NCBI GenBank assembly: GCA_013239625.1
Contig: MU053493.1
Location: forward strand, 691,793 to 755,792
Source of the DNA: Lama guanicoe
Lineage: Eukaryota
Length of the DNA: 64,000 bases
Direction of reading: 5' to 3'
Below are positions 50,001 through 63,700 of this stretch, in pieces. The stretch's first letter is position 1. Every line of letters starts with the position of its first letter. Made by a program: the position numbers and the translations under genes. The notes below the pieces were generated by a model, which saw only the letters and a program-made list of their open reading frames with translations, was not told the DNA's origin and did no database searches.

Positions 50001-50956
50001 GGAGCTGGGATTGGACAGTACTGAATCTGGACACATAAGCAGAAGGAATACTATGAATGATCTTGTACAGCATAATAATAGGTCTGCCCTTTAATAGTAA
50101 CATGACACCTCTGAAGGAGGTTAATAAGGAGAATGGTGTAATCAGATTTACTCTTTGAGAGAGAGGGAATGACATCTGTCTTTCCATGCTGTCTATTCCC
50201 CCCACCTCCGAGAGCACCTTCCATCTGGCTGAAAATCCTGGGGCTTAAGGATAATTCATTTGGGCAATCATAAATCACTGTCAACATTGTAGAGGCTTTA
50301 AAAAGTAACCAAGGGCCCGGAGGGGTGAATGCACGTTTAGCATAATAAGACTGTTACACTAAGCTGGGCTGGCTTCGATAACTTTCTATGGATTCAGATT
50401 CTCATGGGGAAAACCAGCTCTGGATCTGAAAGGAGACCCTTTACCTCCCATGGAAGGAGAGTATGTCTTCCCCTGTAGGGCCAGCTGGCAATGAAAAAAA
50501 CAAAAACAAACAAACAAAAACTTAACCATTCTCCTCTCCACCAACTACTGACTCAAAATAAACCGAACTGAAGCAGAAGTGGCTAAGGGGCAGTGGACAT
50601 GTGAAGCAGCATGAAAAGGGTCTTGGGGGCCAGGACCCCATCAAAAGAGGAGAGGAAGTGGTAGAGGAAGAGAGGGAAGCCACCCTGAATAGGGTTGAGT
50701 TTCTAGGGAGATGACTGTGGTTAAGGACAGAGAAGGTGGGAGTTAAGAGGCGATGGAATCTTCTTCACATGAGATCTCCTTTCAGATCTGGGTCATGAAG
50801 CTCAGGGAATTGATGGTCTCTGTCCCAGATTCAGAAGTCTAGATCACTTCGAGGGATTGGCAGAACTCTGCAGGAGAGAAAAGCTGAAACACGCTCCATG
50901 ATTTAGCAGCTGTTTGGTTTGGAGAAGTAAAGTGAGAAGCCATCTGTGTCTGTGCC

Positions 50957-51578
50957 ATACACATACATACACAAACACATACACATGCATACACATATGT
51001 ACATGTGTGTATGTGTGCATGTGTGTATGTGCATGTGCATGTGTGTATGGATGTGTGTGTTTGTGTGTGTATGTATGGGTATGTGTGCATGTATGTGTGA
51101 ATGTGTATATGTGTGCATGTATTATACACATACATGCATACACATATGTATATGTGTATATGCTGTACATGTGCATACATGTGTGTGCACATATGTGTAT
51201 ATAGGTGTGTGTGTCTAGATATGTGTATGCATGTGTATGTGTATGCCTGTATGTATAGGTATGTGTGTATCCATGTGTGCATCTGTATATGTGAATGTAA
51301 GTGTGTATATGTGTATCTGTGTATGTGTGTGCATTTATATATATATGTGCATTTGTGTATGTGTATGTATGCATGTGTATTGCACATGTGTATGTGTGTA
51401 TGTATGTGTACACATGTGTGTACTGTATGAATGCATGTGCATGTGTATGCATAGCTGTGTGTGCATGTACATGTGTGTGCATGCATGTGTACGTGTGTGT
51501 ATATGTGTGCTATGCATTATGTGTACCTGTCCTTTGTGTATGTATGTACATATATGTGTGTGTGTGCACATTCACACA
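50957..51578. repeat. About 620-bp degenerate alternating purine-pyrimidine tract (TG/CA/TA)
   Basis: Direct sequence inspection; it is the source of the His/Thr- and Cys/Val-rich ORFs in all six frames. Confidence 0.95.
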
Positions 51579-52390
51579 GGAATTTGAAACAAATGTAAAG
51601 AGGCCATATATCCAAATCTTGTCACTCATCAGTGAAATCATAGCATCAGCAATTTCATTTAAACTCTTATTTGAAGTACTGTCACAAATAAAATTAACAT
51701 GATAATAGTTACCTTACTCTGTTGATCTTAATAGTTTTAGCCTAGATTTATCAAATCCTGCAGCTTTGTAGATTCTTTCAGTCCTGTTAAAATTAAGGAT
51801 TATCTACCATTTCTGGGTCAGACTTTGCTAAGATTATTTTAAATCACTGAACAAAATTTTCAGGAAAGCAAGGGTCTGACTCCATACAAAGTACCTCACT
51901 CTCCCTGATTCTCTTCAAAGTCCATTACCAAGCAGCTCATTCATTCAACTATTTATTTATTCAGTAAAATGTATTAATTTTCTACTGTGTTCTGAGACCC
52001 CTGAAGTTCCTGAACCCTTTCTCCTAACCAATTTTTTGATGATTTAGTTATAACTAATCCCTATGAAGCTCCTTAAAGTTATGTGCTGAGCCCTATGGGA
52101 TCCCTTCAGGTCTCTTATTTGGTCCACCTGTGTACTTATTCACGTATATACACTTAAGCCTTCTTCTGTCTCCTGCAGAAGCTTCAGTTAATTGGGAGGC
52201 ACCTCCTATGAGGCTTAACCTTATTCTTCACTGTTACGGGCTTACCTTGCACCTGGATTACCAATCACCCTGTTTGGTGTTGGTCTCACCCTACAGGTAG
52301 TGACGCTGACAGCTAGGGATGCCTGGGGCACTCACTGGGCCTACACTGCTGCTGGCAGCCCCCAGTGGCATTTCTCCTGTCTGAGCCAAC

Positions 52391-53095
52391 TTTGTGGCTG
52401 GACCAGCCCCTGTGGTTCTCATGATTGCAAGATGTGCCTCAGCAGCAACCACCAGGGAACTTTGGACAAACGAGTTGTATGACTCACAGGTCCTGGAGGT
52501 TACACAGCAAGGCCGTGGCCACACAGCAAGGTCACAGGTAGACGGAGAAAGAAGTGAAGCCTGGGACTCTGCATTTGCAGTGGTCAAGGGTGGGGTCCCT
52601 AAGGTTTTGTGGGTTCACTCATTACTGGTGAATTTATAAACATATCAGCAGGAATTAAAGCATCAGAAGGGAGAAACAGGGTCAGCAAGCAGTCAGTTAT
52701 CTGGTTCAACCACAGTGTTCCAAAGAGGGGAACTTAGTGGGTAGGGTGGCCTGGCATTTATCTAGTGGTATGGCTGGTGATAAATTTATTCAAGATGAGT
52801 GTCTTTGAAATGGATGCCCTGGCTATCAAAAGCTTAATATCAGGCACATATATTATAATTGAAAAAGCTAACTGTCAGTCCTGGTAGAGCAATGCTGAGG
52901 ACTAAGTGGTAGTCAGTAAGTGTAGAAAACACAGAGGTTTGTGACCCGAGGGGTAAAACTTCGTCAAGGAGACAGTGGTGCCAGATCAGAGGGCTGGGGG
53001 AGAGAACAGTACACTGGGTGAGAGCCTTACAACATGGACCCCAATATGGTCTGAAGGCATAAATTCCCAGTGCACTCCAGCTAGAAACATGGGAA
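52391..53095 (-). mobile_element. ERV-L-class LTR (tentatively MER74/MER54 group)
   Basis: The minus strand ends ...gtaacctccaggacctgtgag...cttgcaatcatgagaaccacaggggctggtccagccacaaa and lies downstream of an ERV-L integrase. The family name is from memory and the 5' boundary is uncertain. Confidence 0.5.
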
Positions 53096-55349
53096 GTCCT
53101 ACCCATCCACTGGGTATCTCTGCTACATCATCCTGGAGGGGTAGACAGATGCGTCTGTGGGCCAAGAGCTGTTTGTCTGGGCACAGAATCATCAAGGTGG
53201 CCTCGAAGGCTACTCCCACATGACTCCGTGAGGAGCAGTGGGTCCATGAGAAGCAGTGGGGTGATGCCTGGGTGGGACATCTCATTGAAGGGAAACTGAG
53301 CGCAGAGATGCTGTTGCGAGTTAAGGTTGGCTAAAGTTACATATATCATCAGACTAAGCATTCAAGGTAGGGTGTGGGCATTTGGAGGCCTGGGACAGGC
53401 TTATCATTTCTGATTCCCACTGAATGGGTAGCCTTCTTACTTCATTGGGTGAAAATTTGTGAAGCATCTGGCCAGTGTCCTGGGGAAAATATGGGGAAAG
53501 TGTGGTAGAAGAGACCATTGTAGCGTCTGGAGTAGTCATGGTGTGGGCTTGTGGTGGCCACAAGAGTCATGGCTGGAGAGTCCCAAGTAAGCACACAGCA
53601 CACAGAAGCAGAAGGCTGTGTTGAGCAAGTGAGGCAACAGTCTAAACGGGCAGTATTTGTAGGAAAGGGAACTGTCTGGCTCAGAATGCACCTTTTGGCC
53701 TGACACAATGGAAAAATAGGCTACAATGCTGCCCTGTCATGGGCAGGGGAAAAACTCACAGTCTGGCAGGCCTCTTGGTACAGGACAGGGTCAGCAAGGA
53801 AGCAACAGGCAAATTCAGCAAAATGACCTTTCGGTGGATCCCATAATTCCATCAGGGCAGCACATTTAGTCCGTTGTTCCTAGAATGCTGTAGTCCCCAC
53901 CATGGCAATCCACTGCGTCCACTGTAAACTGGGGAGTGGGGCCATCTGGGCAAGTAGTGAGGTCTGTGACATGGTGCATGTGCCCAGGGTGCCTTCTCTG
54001 CGGTAGGAGCTGTAGGCACCTCCAACGGTGAACCCGGGATGGCCCACTGTCTTCAGAGATGGTGTCTTCTCAGCAGTGAGTCCTTCTCACTCCAGGGTGA
54101 GATGCTCTGGAGTGGTGGCCATCCAGGTTGTTGGCGACACTCCCATGTGGCTATGCGATCATGATCTGGGGTTAGGCCAGCCTGATGGAACTTGGAGGCT
54201 TCCCTGAGGACTGACCTGCATATCTGGTGCCTGCTGCTAGTGGAACACATTGCTAAGAGCCCCCTGGGGACATCCAGAGTGCAATTAGCAAAGGAAAAGG
54301 CGGCTTCTCTTTAATTCCCCGATGAGTTTGTCCACACTACATGAAGGTTATGGGCACATGTAAAGCCCTGCTAAGGAGGATCTTACAGAGGCTGTTTGGC
54401 CATTCACGGGACTGGCCTGAGAGGCTGATTGGCAAGTCCAGCTAGCTTGCAACAAAATTTGATGTACAGAAATCCGGAGAAGAGCATCACTTAGACATCA
54501 CTTCCAGAGTGACCATTGCCTGTAAAGGAATTCAATCTCCTTGCCATGAGACTCGGTGGCCTGCTGGCCTAAGCCCTTCCAACGGGCCTCCCTGACACTC
54601 TCCACTTCTCACCCTGTGATGCAACGTCCCTGGAGCCTGGAGCAGGATTGTTCCAGCATTTTGTCCACCTGATGGTTAGGCCTGAGGGGTCTACCAGTAA
54701 CCCCATCACCCAGGCTTTACAAAGAGGTAGGAATAGCTATACCTACATAGAGTGTTGACATCTGATGAGCTTGGGTTGGGTTCCTCCTGGCTGAGCCACT
54801 AGTATGTTGATTAATAGCTGAGCCTTGATGTTCTTGGTGAGAAAGTCGTGGGTACAGCCAAGACTTGTAGCTTTCTCACCGTACACTCATCTCCAAAAAT
54901 GGCTTTCATCTACCAAGCAGAGGGTTTCCTTCCCTCTTTCAGACACCCAAACTGTGTCCCTGGTTGGTCCCGGAGCAATGATTTCCACTCCCTTAAATTG
55001 CTAGGGGACTTAGCTTAAATGAGGCAGCCCTAAATATTGCCTCTATATTTGGGAAGAGCAGTGAGCATGGGGGAGATTCCTTTCAAAGAATCCTCACTAT
55101 TATCAGGGTTTCCAATAAATGATCTTTCACCAATGTGGTGAGTGTTTGGACTGGAAGGCACCCAGTAGTCGGGGAATGTGTTGAGCTATCTGGCCGTGAT
55201 CAGGTCACCAGGATGAAGCACAAGGGAGGAGGACTCCAAAATCACAGTGGAAGGGGGAAGTGGATCAAAGGAAAAAATAAAAAGGATATCGTCTTGGAGG
55301 ACAAAGGCTCGAGGCTTGCCAGAGAGGGCCAAAGTGGAATTTTAGAGGG

Positions 55350-55815
55350 TGTATAATAATTGATTTGTTGGGTATGAAGGCCCAGGAGGTGAGAGTTAAG
55401 TAAGATGAGGGCCTGCGGCAAGAATCTGACCTATTTCAGGGACCACTTGCCTGAAAGTGAGTTGAGGAGTGTCTCTTTCAGGAGGCCCTTAAGATGCTCA
55501 GTGAGGCCAGCTCCCTGGGGACTGGACTGCCTGGACTCTCCAAAGAAAACTATTTTGGAGAGCTCACTGTTGAGTCTCCTGAGAGGTAAAGTGGTTACCT
55601 TGATCAGAGTCAATGTCTGGTGAGCCAAAGGGAACAAGAATACACTTAGTAAGGGAAGAAATCACTTGTTTTGAAGAGGAATTCCAGGTGGGGGTCACCA
55701 AGAGTTCCACATCAGTGGTAGTGACCACACCTGGAAGCTCCAGCAGAAGACGACAGGTGGCCAAAGAAATCACTCTTCCAGAGTGCCGGTCTCCTCAGGG
55801 ATAGGTCCCCATCTG
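55350..55815 (-). pseudogene. Decayed ERV-L-type retroviral integrase core
   Basis: Frameshifted peptides P*GD/PALWKSDFFGHL, FGSPDIDSDQGNHFTSQETQQ, PQGAGLTEHLKGLLK and *VRFLPQALILLNS match the integrase D,D(35)E core motifs (WQxDYIGPL, IxSDQGTHFT, PQAAGLIERxNGLLK, WxxxLPxALxxLN). Confidence 0.85.
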
Positions 55816-55844
55816 GAAAGCCCCCACTGCTTATCCTTACTGCT

Positions 55845-55952
55845 TTTTTTTTAATGCAGTATTTACTTTTTTAATGGAGGTACTGGGGATTGAACCCAGG
55901 ACCTCGTACATGCTAAGCCTATGCTCTACCACTGAACTATACCCTCCCCCCC
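55845..55952 (-). mobile_element. tRNA-Ala-derived SINE
   Basis: tggaggtactggggattgaacccaggacctcg...ctctaccactgaactataccctcccc with TSD cttactgcttttt. Confidence 0.9.
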
Positions 55953-57629
55953 ATGCTTACTGCTTTTTAAATACAAAGGTGACTGATTGAGATGTGTTAA
56001 AAGTATCTACTAAGCTCATGGGTTCCTGGATTTCCTGTTAGTTCTTTTGTCTTTGTATTTCCTGAGGCTATGTAATTATATCTATAAACATTGAATACCC
56101 TTTTAGCTTCCAGACACATTGAAATTTTCTCACCTTTTCTACTAACACCTGTGTCTTAAAAATTAAGTTTTTAATAAATAAATTTAGAAAATCTTTCTTT
56201 TGCATTACTTGCATTTAACCCTTAATATTACTGTTTACTTTCTATTTTCTTGCTCGTTCTATGTCAATTTTCTCTTCTTCCTTATCTTCTTATAAATTTA
56301 TTATTTGTATTCTCCTTTTTCTACTTTTCAGCTATTTCAATAATTTTTCAAAAAGCATCTTGTTTAGAGAGACTGAGAGGAATACAGTGTATTGAATACA
56401 GAGACCCATGCATCTGATCTGAGCCACAGATTGATTATTACATGACAATAGCACACATGACCAAGCCCTTGTCAGTAAAGCTTATCAGTAAACCTATGCC
56501 TACATCTGTGGGGTCCCTGAGAGGCAGTCCCGTTGCCATAGTAACTACTGACAATAGTCGTTGCTGGGTCCTTACAATGAGAGTACGCTGCATTTGGCTG
56601 AAAGCGTTTAAACGATTTTTCCTCATGGAGTCTAATCAATCGTATCTTTGCATTTTTTCTCACGCAACTCACACTCATAAAGGAACCACATGCACTAACC
56701 ACCGATATCCAATTTTCAGCTCTGCATTTATTTTATTTTACATACATACATATATATGTATACATTTTCTCCTGTGTGCATATTTAATTATATAGATTTT
56801 ACACACATGCATGTATATGTATGTATATATCTCTATAGATACATTCATATATATTTAAAAACATATATTCTTTCACATAGAAATAATTTGCCAGGACACT
56901 TCTATGCACATATAAGCAAAGACACAAAATATAACTATATATATAAGCAAAGACACTAATATAATGATTGCTGCCTTTACACATAAGTGATGTAATTCCA
57001 TAAATGTGTGTGTATTTAATTACCATTGTTTAGCCAGCTGCCTGCTGTTGGATTTTTCAGTCATTTCCAATCTTACACTGTTATAACAAAGGCTGCAATT
57101 AACACCCTTGTACTTGATTGAGTTCATGTGTGCAGAACATACGTGTAGGTCACACTTAAATAACAGAGTGGCTGGTTGAGAAGTATGCATGTGTGAATTT
57201 ATGATTTTAGTGATATTACCTAGTTTTCCTCCATGGAAAGTGTACCAATTACACTCCCACAAACAACATATGAGAATGCCCATTTCCCCAGATGTCATCA
57301 GAGCATGCTTTCAAATGTCTGGCTATTTGACAAATTGAAAGGAGACCACTGAAAATCCAGGCAGTTCTAATAACTATGATTACTGGTGATGTTTAACGTT
57401 TCCTAAAACTATCTGCATTTAATTTTCTGCGCAAGGTCAATTCATACTTTGTTAATTTCTTTGTTTTGCTGTCTGTCTTTTGTTTAATTGGATCACATTA
57501 TAATTTATAGAAATAAGCTCTTGCCCTATTTTATGAGCCCAAATTTTTGTTGGTAGTTTGACACTTTCTTCTGGTCTTGCACATGTCAAATTTGTTACAT
57601 TCATTTCAAGGTGGTCACATTTGTAAAGC

Positions 57630-57830
57630 AGTGCAGTGGCTGAGAGGACAGGCCCCGGAGTCACATGTCACCATGGTCACATCTCTTAACCTCCCTGGGC
57701 CACAGTTCTCTCAGCTGCTACAGGGGGATAACAATACAATTACTTCTTAGGATGGTTGGAAGAATTAAATGAGATAATATATCTCAGGACAGAACCTGGA
57801 ACATAGTAAGTTCCTTACAGTTGCTACAAT
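57630..57830 (+). mobile_element. MIR SINE remnant
   Basis: cttaacctccctgggccacagttctctcagctg...gggataacaata...gaattaaatgagataat. Confidence 0.65.
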
Positions 57831-58354
57831 TATTGTCAAAATCTCCTTCATGACTTCCATCATTCATGTCCTAGAAAGGCATTTTTGACTACAACACTTT
57901 AAAAGAAAAAAACCTTATGTTGTTTCTGTATATTTTTGTTTCCATATTTGCATTTGAAACTTCAATCTAACTAGAATTTATACTGGTGTAAATTATGATA
58001 TCTGGAGCCCATGTGTTAGTTTCCAAGGTGACTCCTGCATTTATCCAACAATTTTTATTGAGTAATTCAAGTGATTTTTAATCTTTTCATAAACTCATTT
58101 CCCATATATGTCTGTGTCAATTTCTGGACCTTTTTAATACATGTTTTTGATCTCACCAATAAAGTGCCAATACTTAACTTTTCATTTTTGCATATGATAC
58201 CATGTTTTAAGGTCTCAAAGGGTAAAATGACTGCTTATTTTCCAATTCTGAAATATTCAAGTTTTACTGTTTTTTTTTTCCTTCACATGAACTTTCACAA
58301 TAGATTGATTTGTTTTTATTTATTTAAGCTACACATGATTTATTTTTACTAGTC

Positions 58355-59475
58355 TATTTGGGCAGCCCTGATGATTTCTGAGCAGCCTTTGTGGTTATTC
58401 TTCCCTTAAGAATAGAGCATTCGGACCCAAACAGCCCTTACGGTCCTATGCTGTAAAACCTATCACGTCTGACAGCCTTCGTTCTGTCTCATCTCTGTTC
58501 CCTTCAGTTCAAACTGGCAGTGTTCCTGGCTGATTAGGTCCATGGTTTACACCCCCACTAGCCTCCTCACAACCACACCCCTGGTTCTCTCTTCTGAACA
58601 TGCTTCCTTATTTTCTGTAATACGGACAGTCTGAGGATTTCCCAAATCCATATATTCTTCTTCCATTTTCCCTGTCATTTCTGTCTTCATCTCTGCTCAC
58701 ATTACAGAATCAGCTGTCAGGAGGAACCAAGCTGCCGGTGCAACACTCTGTTTACAAATCTCAGCTGCTCTATATCCATTTCACTGCACACAAGTTCTAT
58801 CTGCCACTTTGTAACAATGCTCACACTTATCCCGTTGTCAAAAACATATTCCTTTTTTTCTGCCTAAGACCTCATCAGAATGGCCATCCTTATTTTTACC
58901 AATATTCTGTATATGATTTATATGATTTTATTTTGGGGGGACTGTATAAGAAAACAGAAGCTTTCCCACCAGTTACTCTGAAAACACTCCACCACAATAT
59001 CAGTTTTTCTAGCACATGCCACACTACTCTTCTGGCCTCTACATACTACCAGTTCCACAACCACGTCTGCATTTTTAGGTATTTGTTACAGCAGCATGCC
59101 ACTTCTCACTACCAATTTCTGCCTTACATCAGTTCAGGCTGCTGCAGCAGCAAACCACAGGCTGTGAGGCTGAAACAAGCAGCACCCATCTCTCACAGTT
59201 CTGGAGGTGATGTCAGGGGTGCTGGCGTGGCTGTGTTCTCAGCGAAGCCCTTTTCCTGGTTTGCAGACAGCCGCATTCTAGCTGTATCCTTATGTGGTGG
59301 GGAGAGAGTGGTCTTTCTCTCATGTCTCTTCTTATTGGGGCCCTCATCCCATTCACAAAGGCTCCAGCCTCATGACCAAATGACGGCCCAAACGCCCCCA
59401 CCTCCAAATGGGGGTTAGGGATTCACATATAAACTAGGGCGGGGGGGGGGTCACAAACATTCAGTCCAAAGCAGT
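58355..59475 (-). mobile_element. MaLR element: internal fragment plus MLT1-like LTR (about 59125-59475)
   Basis: LTR text ctcacagttctggagg...ctcatgaccaaatga...cacaaacattcagtccaaagca. The adjacent sequence resembles the MLT internal region. Confidence 0.7.
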
Positions 59476-60174
59476 AATTTATGAGGATTCTGTCAAGTAC
59501 ATGATGAACTTAAAGAACTGATGCACTAATGATGCTGACTTTCCCTACCAAGCTCCACGGTGTACATTTTCATTTCTTCAAGCATTCTCTCAGGATAATT
59601 GCTGTCTCTTGTTAAAGTGGGACTTTCGTAGCTTTTTCGGGTTTATTTCTATTTCTATACAGTTCAAAATATTGTTTCCAAAAAACAGGTCTTCATTAAT
59701 TTTTCTGCATTTTTTATACACAAAACTATTAAATTTCTCTTGGCACCTGGGTTTCAGAAGTTTTCCAGAGAGTTTTGGATTTTCAACATACAATATTATA
59801 TCATCTCAGAGAGATGAATTTGTATCCTTATTTGAACTTTTTCTATGCCTAATTTGTTTTATTTTGTATGCAACTGCATTTGTTACCAAAATAATGTTAA
59901 CTGGCAGTGAAGAGAGGGGGTCTACTTGTTTTTGCCCGATCAAAGAAGATAATTACATGATTACTGCCCTTTAACTTACTAAAAATAACAATTCTGAAAT
60001 ATTTTATTCTAATTTTACTACTATTTTTACAGTTTTGCATCATTTTCATAATAAATCATATTTTATACTATGAACATGTTTTTCTTAAATAAATCATATT
60101 TCAATAAATCATTTGATCATTCATGTGTAAATGTGTGTATACACACTACCATGATTATACTTTGGTATAAATCA

Positions 60175-60720
60175 CATGTTATACAATGGAATATCATTCA
60201 GCCTTAAAAAAGGAAATCCTACCATGTGCAACAACATGAATGATCTTTAGGGCCATTACACTACGTGAAACAAATTAGACAGAGAAGACAAATAGTGTAT
60301 AATCTCATTCATAGATGGACTATAATAAAACCAAACTCACAGAAACAAAGAGCAGATTGGAAGCTTCCAGAATAGGAGGAGTTGAAGGTGAGAGAAATGG
60401 GTGAAGGTCATCAAAGCATATAGACTTCCAGTTTTAAGATGACTAAGTTCTGGGGGTGTAGTGGACAGTACGGTAACCATAGTTAACAACACTGTATTGT
60501 ATATTTGAAAGTCAATAAGACAGTAGATTTTAAAAGTTCTTTCCACACACACACAAAATTGTAAATATCTGAGATGACGGATATTAACTAAATGTAGTGT
60601 GGCAATCATTTTGCAATACACATGTATCAGATTATTACATTCTGTACCTTAAACTTACACAATGTTATACGTCAATCATATCTCAACAAAGCTGAAAAAA
60701 TGAATAAAATAAAATAAAAC
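60175..60720 (+). mobile_element. L1 3' end (L1MA-like)
   Basis: atacaatggaatatcattcagccttaaaaaaggaaatcct...ccttaaacttacacaatgttatacgtcaa...aaaataaaataaa. Confidence 0.85.
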
Positions 60721-63700
60721 CATATATGTTGTCCTCCTTTCCATTTTCCATTTGGTAATAACTTCCAAATTGTGTAAAATAGTACTGACATTATTTGTTC
60801 TTTAAAGGTTTTATGAAAACCTCCATTTTTTTTAGGTGAAACTGCACACTGTGAATTTATTTATTTTAAATGGTAGGTTACCTTTTAATGTATTTTGTAG
60901 CCACTGTTTAATTACTTACATGTATCTAGAAAATTATCAGTTTCTTTCAAGTTCTGCAATTAATTGGCATCTGATTGAGTAATGTTCTTTTCTATGTTTC
61001 TTTAATAGAATCTCTGTGCTGAATTTCTGTTAGGTAAGTGTGTGTGACTGTATGTGCATTTTGTGTCTATGTTTTCCTCATTTTCCTTGATAGTTAGGTA
61101 ATAGTTTATTTTATAAATTGCTTTAAAAAATCAAATCAGCTTTAATATTTAATATTTTAATTTTCTCTATTATTGTTACTTTCATCTCTTTTATTTGTTT
61201 TCTTTGGTTATGTATTTTGAGACTGTGTATTTTAAAAAATTATAGACATAAACTATATATGCATACATAAACACAACATATCTTATACATCTGTGTTATA
61301 CTTAAAATTATATTGATCATGAATTTAATTTTTGGGGGGATATAGAAAGATGCTCATACAATTATTTCTTTTCATGTAAGATAAATCATTTTTTCATATT
61401 CTACCATCCTTTTTTTCCTGGAATATAACCCTCTCTTTCCTGATGTACTCTTCTACTGTTTGTAATTATCTCATCTGAGATCTTTTTGCATCAATATTCA
61501 TAAATGAGACTGAGCTCTCGCTGGCTTTGCATTGCACGGTATTGGAGACATTTTTATACCAGTGCTAGGTGTCACTCACACGCTGTGTCAGGGACTCCTT
61601 TCTTCTGCTCTCTGGAATAGTTTACACAGCACTGCAGTGTATTTAAAGGTTTTAGTAAATTTCTGGGGCTGATTTCTTCTGCTCTTCTCTTTTTGGGGGG
61701 CTCTGGGCTGTAGGCACATTCTCGACAACTTTAATCTCTTCATTAGTAATTGGCTTGGTCTGATTTGTCTTCTAGATTGTTGTTTGGAAAATTTGTTGAA
61801 ATGTTAAAATTTCTATCATATTTTCAAGTACATTTTCCTCAGTGTAACAAAGATTTACCCTCCGTTACTTCAGCGTCTTATCTCTGGTCTCTTCCTATTG
61901 TTTCCTGTTTTGTTTACTTGTACACCCTCCTTTATTTTTGATTAAGTTAATGGTTTATCTTCTTATTGTTTTTTTTCCCCAAAGATGCAGCTTTTATGTT
62001 TCTATTTTATGATCTAATTTTTGTTTTAATCTTTCTTAATTATTTCTGTTTACTTGTGTGTTTGTGCATTTTGTGGTTTAAAATGTGCAGATTTGGATAT
62101 CTATTTAATTATGTGATTTGTCTTTCTCAATATTGTGTTAGCATTTAACATTAGTCTTACTCTGAGCACAGATTCAGCACTATCCTAGCCTACATACAAA
62201 TTTTCATTATATTATTCTATTCTGCTAACTGATTTTGAATTCACTCTTTCATCAAATTATTTTTGAGAGAGACACTTAAAAGTAATCTTCATGTGGCAAT
62301 GGCTTATTGTATGGAAATCAGGTAATGTCACCTATACTACTAATTTCTCAATTTATTTGACAGTTTAATTGTGATCTAATAGAAAACCAATTACTTTTTG
62401 TTATTTTGTTATGTTTTATTATTTTGTTAACTAGCTCGTGATCAACACTGGAATATGTGACATGCTATATATTTTCATGGCAAAAATTCTGACATGTATT
62501 AATTTATTTTTTTGCACTAGTGCTGGGTTATTTTCCCAACACCCCTTTTCCCCTCCCGACTCCAACTTCACTTTGCACTTAAACTGTAGTTTAGTATCTG
62601 CCAAATCCCCTATATGTTTACAAAAATGAAAAATGAAGCAGGATACTGGTGTCAATTATGAACTGAAAATGTCTCCTTTTAAATCACTGAAATTCAGTCA
62701 ATGGGTTTGGTGACGTGGGAAAAAGTGGTTTTCCTATGTTAGAAAGGAGGAGTACAAGGTAAACCTTGCATACTTGTAAGTCTTTACATCCACCAAATTT
62801 AGACACTTGAAGCATAAGATGATCAGACTTGCTCCATTCTTTGTGTGGTTAGAATCACACCCTCTGAAAGGGCCCAGGGGCTGAGTCCATGAACCGCCTG
62901 GGGAAGCGGCCGGCAGAGACTCTGAACCACTCACAGAGATATCCTTTGTCTGGCTCGAGCTCTTTGTTCCTCACTGAAACAGAGGGGGCCAGCTGTCCTC
63001 ATGAGCAGGCCCGTGGGACACACTGCCTAGCCCTGGTGGTGGTGACATCCTTGCTATTTAACCTCTTTCTGAATGAGCTGATGAGGGAACAGGAAACCCC
63101 ATATTTTAAAATCTTATTTCCTAAGGTAGGCATCTGTCACAAAAAAATACATATTTTTTGTCATTTGCTAGATTTTTAGGAATTGAGTCGTTTTTTAGTT
63201 TTAATTGAATTTTTAGTTTTAACTGAATCATTTTTGCTGAAAAAAATTAATTGGTCTTTTTCAAATTATGAACATAAAGGTAATATTCCCACTTCCTACA
63301 AAAACAATCATGAAACAATTTTACCTTAACATAAGTTCCAAAGATTCCCAAAGAGAAAAACTTGGTGGAGTTTTAATTCTTGTGCAAGCTTTTCTCAAGG
63401 TCACAAATGCACGCAAGTCCTCCTTTTACATGCACTGTTCTAAAAATATCACCTATGTTTCAAGCTCTTTGTCCAGATTACATTTGAGCTCCACAAAAGC
63501 CTTGTAAAATAGGTAATGTTATACCCATTTCTCATGTAAAGAAACTGAGGTACAGGACATTGAAGTATCTTGCTCCAGACTGCATGGCCAGTAAGAAGCA
63601 GAGTCAGGATTCTAATTATCTTTTGTCATCCAAATCATTTTATCTTCTATTGATCCTTTCCCCACTGTATCTCCTGAATTTTGATTGTTTGGTTCAAGAT

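Noticed and set aside
50839..51702. His/Thr-rich and Cys/Val-rich ORFs up to 215 aa
   Set aside because: Translations of the TG/CA microsatellite tract.
58738..59418. 226-aa ORF
   Set aside because: Non-ATG start; it runs antisense through MaLR internal and LTR sequence and has no recognisable domain.
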